A stretch of 63,972 nucleotides of DNA, filler included, from Choristocarpus tenellus KU-1152 (Eukaryota > Protista > Phaeophyceae): assembly GCA_964200185.2 (NCBI GenBank). It is 9 parts of 9 records of this genome, joined end to end, with 100 filler letters (N's around TTAATTAATTAA, not from the genome) between each part and the next. Parts side by side here need not be neighbours in the genome. Positions count along the whole stretch, not along the records: positions 61,465 to 63,972 come from CAXNAD020027217.1; 8 more parts are not named here. One strand, given 5' to 3'. Positions 61,856 through 63,972 of this stretch are shown in pieces. The translations under genes were made by a program, and so were the position numbers. How positions within the stretch are numbered: the first letter of the stretch is position 1; each line of letters starts with the position of its first letter. The notes beneath the pieces are model-generated. The model was not told where the DNA came from, did no database searches, and saw nothing but the letters and a program-made list of their open reading frames with translations.

Positions 61856-63049
61856 CGCTCCCAACTCAACCAGGTGCTGTGCTAGCCCCGCACCACCACC
61901 ATCCTTTCTCCTGTACGATGACGGAAACAATGATAGTGGCGATGATGGTCTTGAGAAGTTGGGGAGAAGAACTTGTACCAACCTCAGAGCCCTTATCTGC
62001 AGTACTCCCCCCATGTCTTCAGTTCCCAGGTGTAATAACAGAGGAAGAATTCCTGGAGTAGATTCTAAGGCTGCAAACATTATATCTTCACAGTTATTGT
62101 TTGATGAACAAAACCATTTTCCCATGGGAGAGCCCAACCAAGTTGATCTACTGACACTGGTTGTGACAACTCGAACCACTTCCTCAAGGATAAGCATCCC
62201 CTGAAACGAGACCCCAAGGACTGGTGAAGCAAGGCAAATTCCCACAGGCGCCAACACTGCTACTACCGCTGTTATATCGATCTCTCGGTCCTCTGTGACC
62301 CTGTGCGTCATTGCAGCTGGAACTCCTGAGCCTAGGTCTGTCGTCTTCATGACTGGTTTCACACCTGAAGCATTGACCATCCCTGAAAGGTTTACGGGGA
62401 CTGCCAGGACTTCAGTTGCGATGAGGGACTTTAGGCACACCAGCCCATTAAGGATAGCCTGAAGAAGTTGGGGGTCCATTTTTTCGTGAGTTGTCTTAGC
62501 GATAGCAATGTGCTGGACTGCAGCGGCTTGTGCAACCATAGCACTGAAACTCTTGTGCCCATTAGTGCTGCCATCCTGGCAGGGTGGAGTAAAGTGTGGC
62601 AATGCATGCGGCATCCCCTCTGTGCTAGGGCCACACAAAAAACACAGTAAGCGTCCTGATAGATTCTCAAGCATTTGTGGGGGAATCCGTCGCCCACACA
62701 CATAGGGTAACCCCTCCATGGTCATGTTTGTATCCACTGCTGTTGGGGGATAGTTGGGGTGTATCAAATCTGTCCTGGTACCAAACAAGGAAGGTACAAT
62801 ATGTGCCAGGGCAGCACACGCCGCAGCGAACGTGATACTATCATCAGTTGATGTCAGTATCGAGTTGAGCACAATCGGAAGGGCAGGAGATATTGCTGAA
62901 GCCGCTACGGCAGCTATTGCTGCGTGGACAGGAGTGTAAGTATGTCCACAGGCAATAGCAAGAGCTTCAGTGACGGCTCGAATCTCCTCAGTAGAAAGGA
63001 AGCCAGAACTGAGGGTGGCAATGTAGGTAGTGACAGAGTGCTGGAACAT
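61856..63049 (-). CDS. Large internal exon of an unknown alpha-helical (possibly ARM/HEAT-like) protein
   Basis: About 400-codon open frame preceded by a pyrimidine tract and tttaaacag|, ending at GCG|gtgagt (61855). Ala/Leu/Val-rich amphipathic helices; no family motif recognised. Confidence 0.65.
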
Positions 63050-63972
63050 CTGTTTAAAGAAAAGAAGGGTGCGTGGCCAAAGGGTAGCAAGGGGAGAACA
63101 GAGAGGCAGTAATGCTTGGAAGATTGTCCGAAATTACGTTGGTTTTTCCTTGTGGGCATCACCATTTCAGCCAGAAATCGATTCTTTCAAAGTAAGGTGT
63201 GTGGATATTGTTTAGATCAAGAACGGTATCACCCCTTCGAACACCGTCAATGGGAAATGACAATACATACACTATGTAGCACCGTATATTGTCGTGCCCC
63301 ATAGACCATGAAGTAGGGCAAAAGACAAACCTTTGCCGAAGTTAATTGGGGTGTAACAGGACCCTGGCTGGCGTACTGCGTGTGGGGTTAATGTCAAGTT
63401 CCCGAGACTCACTGATTCCAACAGTAGGAGTTTGTTACATGGTTATACTCCTTTGAACCAACAGTTGAAGAAATGGAGTAGTAACAGACAGTTACTTTCA
63501 CAGTCTACTCACCCTGAAGAATACAGGTGATACGTTCCAGAGTAAAACACACACAGGAAACCCCAAACTCCCAGGCCCGCCCATGGCCTCTTCTTGCTCA
63601 CACTCTGCAATAGCAGGACATGCTCATAAACGGTGAAATGACACCAACATACTTTGGAGGTGGGTGCCGACTAGCTTGGGAATCCTTTTTTCAACAACAA
63701 AGGGGCGAAATAGGGTAGTACGGCACAGTATTACGAAAGATAGCTGCTGGAGGTGTAAGGTATACCCCAAATACCACCAGCTGCCGTTTGTATCGCAATA
63801 CCATACAGCCAATCTAAAGTAATTCCTATTTTTTTGGCTGCTCACAAGAGGGCACCCACCAATTCTCCCCTTAAAAAAAAAACATATTAAGGGACGGTAG
63901 GCGCTGTTACAAATCTAAAGCACCCTTTTTTGCTTTCCTTGATCTTTTCACCCCCCACCTTTAAAAATGTTG

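Noticed and set aside
201-63049. Apparent cluster of peptidase, ferric reductase, TPS, PPR, mL43 and myosin-like genes as a functional system
   Set aside because: The genes lie on different contigs joined arbitrarily. Only peptidase/SFI1-like and PPR/mL43 are truly linked, with no evident functional relation.

Overview
This is eukaryotic nuclear DNA, not a continuous locus. It consists of nine short-read contigs joined by artificial 100-nt N-TTAATTAATTAA-N spacers, so gene neighbourhood across spacers means nothing. The intron-rich genes, Ectocarpus-style Ty1/Copia element and scattered CCCTAA hexamers suggest a brown alga or close ochrophyte relative (inference). Genes I could splice by hand: a leishmanolysin-like M8 metallopeptidase (3' end), a probable SFI1 centrin-binding protein (3' end), a ferric reductase/NOX-family flavocytochrome, trehalose-6-phosphate synthase (middle exons), a long P-class PPR protein, a complete mitochondrial ribosomal protein mL43, an IQ + coiled-coil/ER-K helix myosin-like neck, and an unknown helical protein. 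The most striking non-genic structure is a pair of related high-copy MITE families (about 19 copies in 64 kb). They share terminal and subterminal motifs, insert into each other, and make target duplications of variable length (3, 4 or 5 bp). Other notable signals are strong CpG decay in repeats, an unusually high share of AAG splice acceptors, a Copia element hit by an antisense copy of its own family, and two foldback structures. No rRNA, tRNA or CRISPR features were found.
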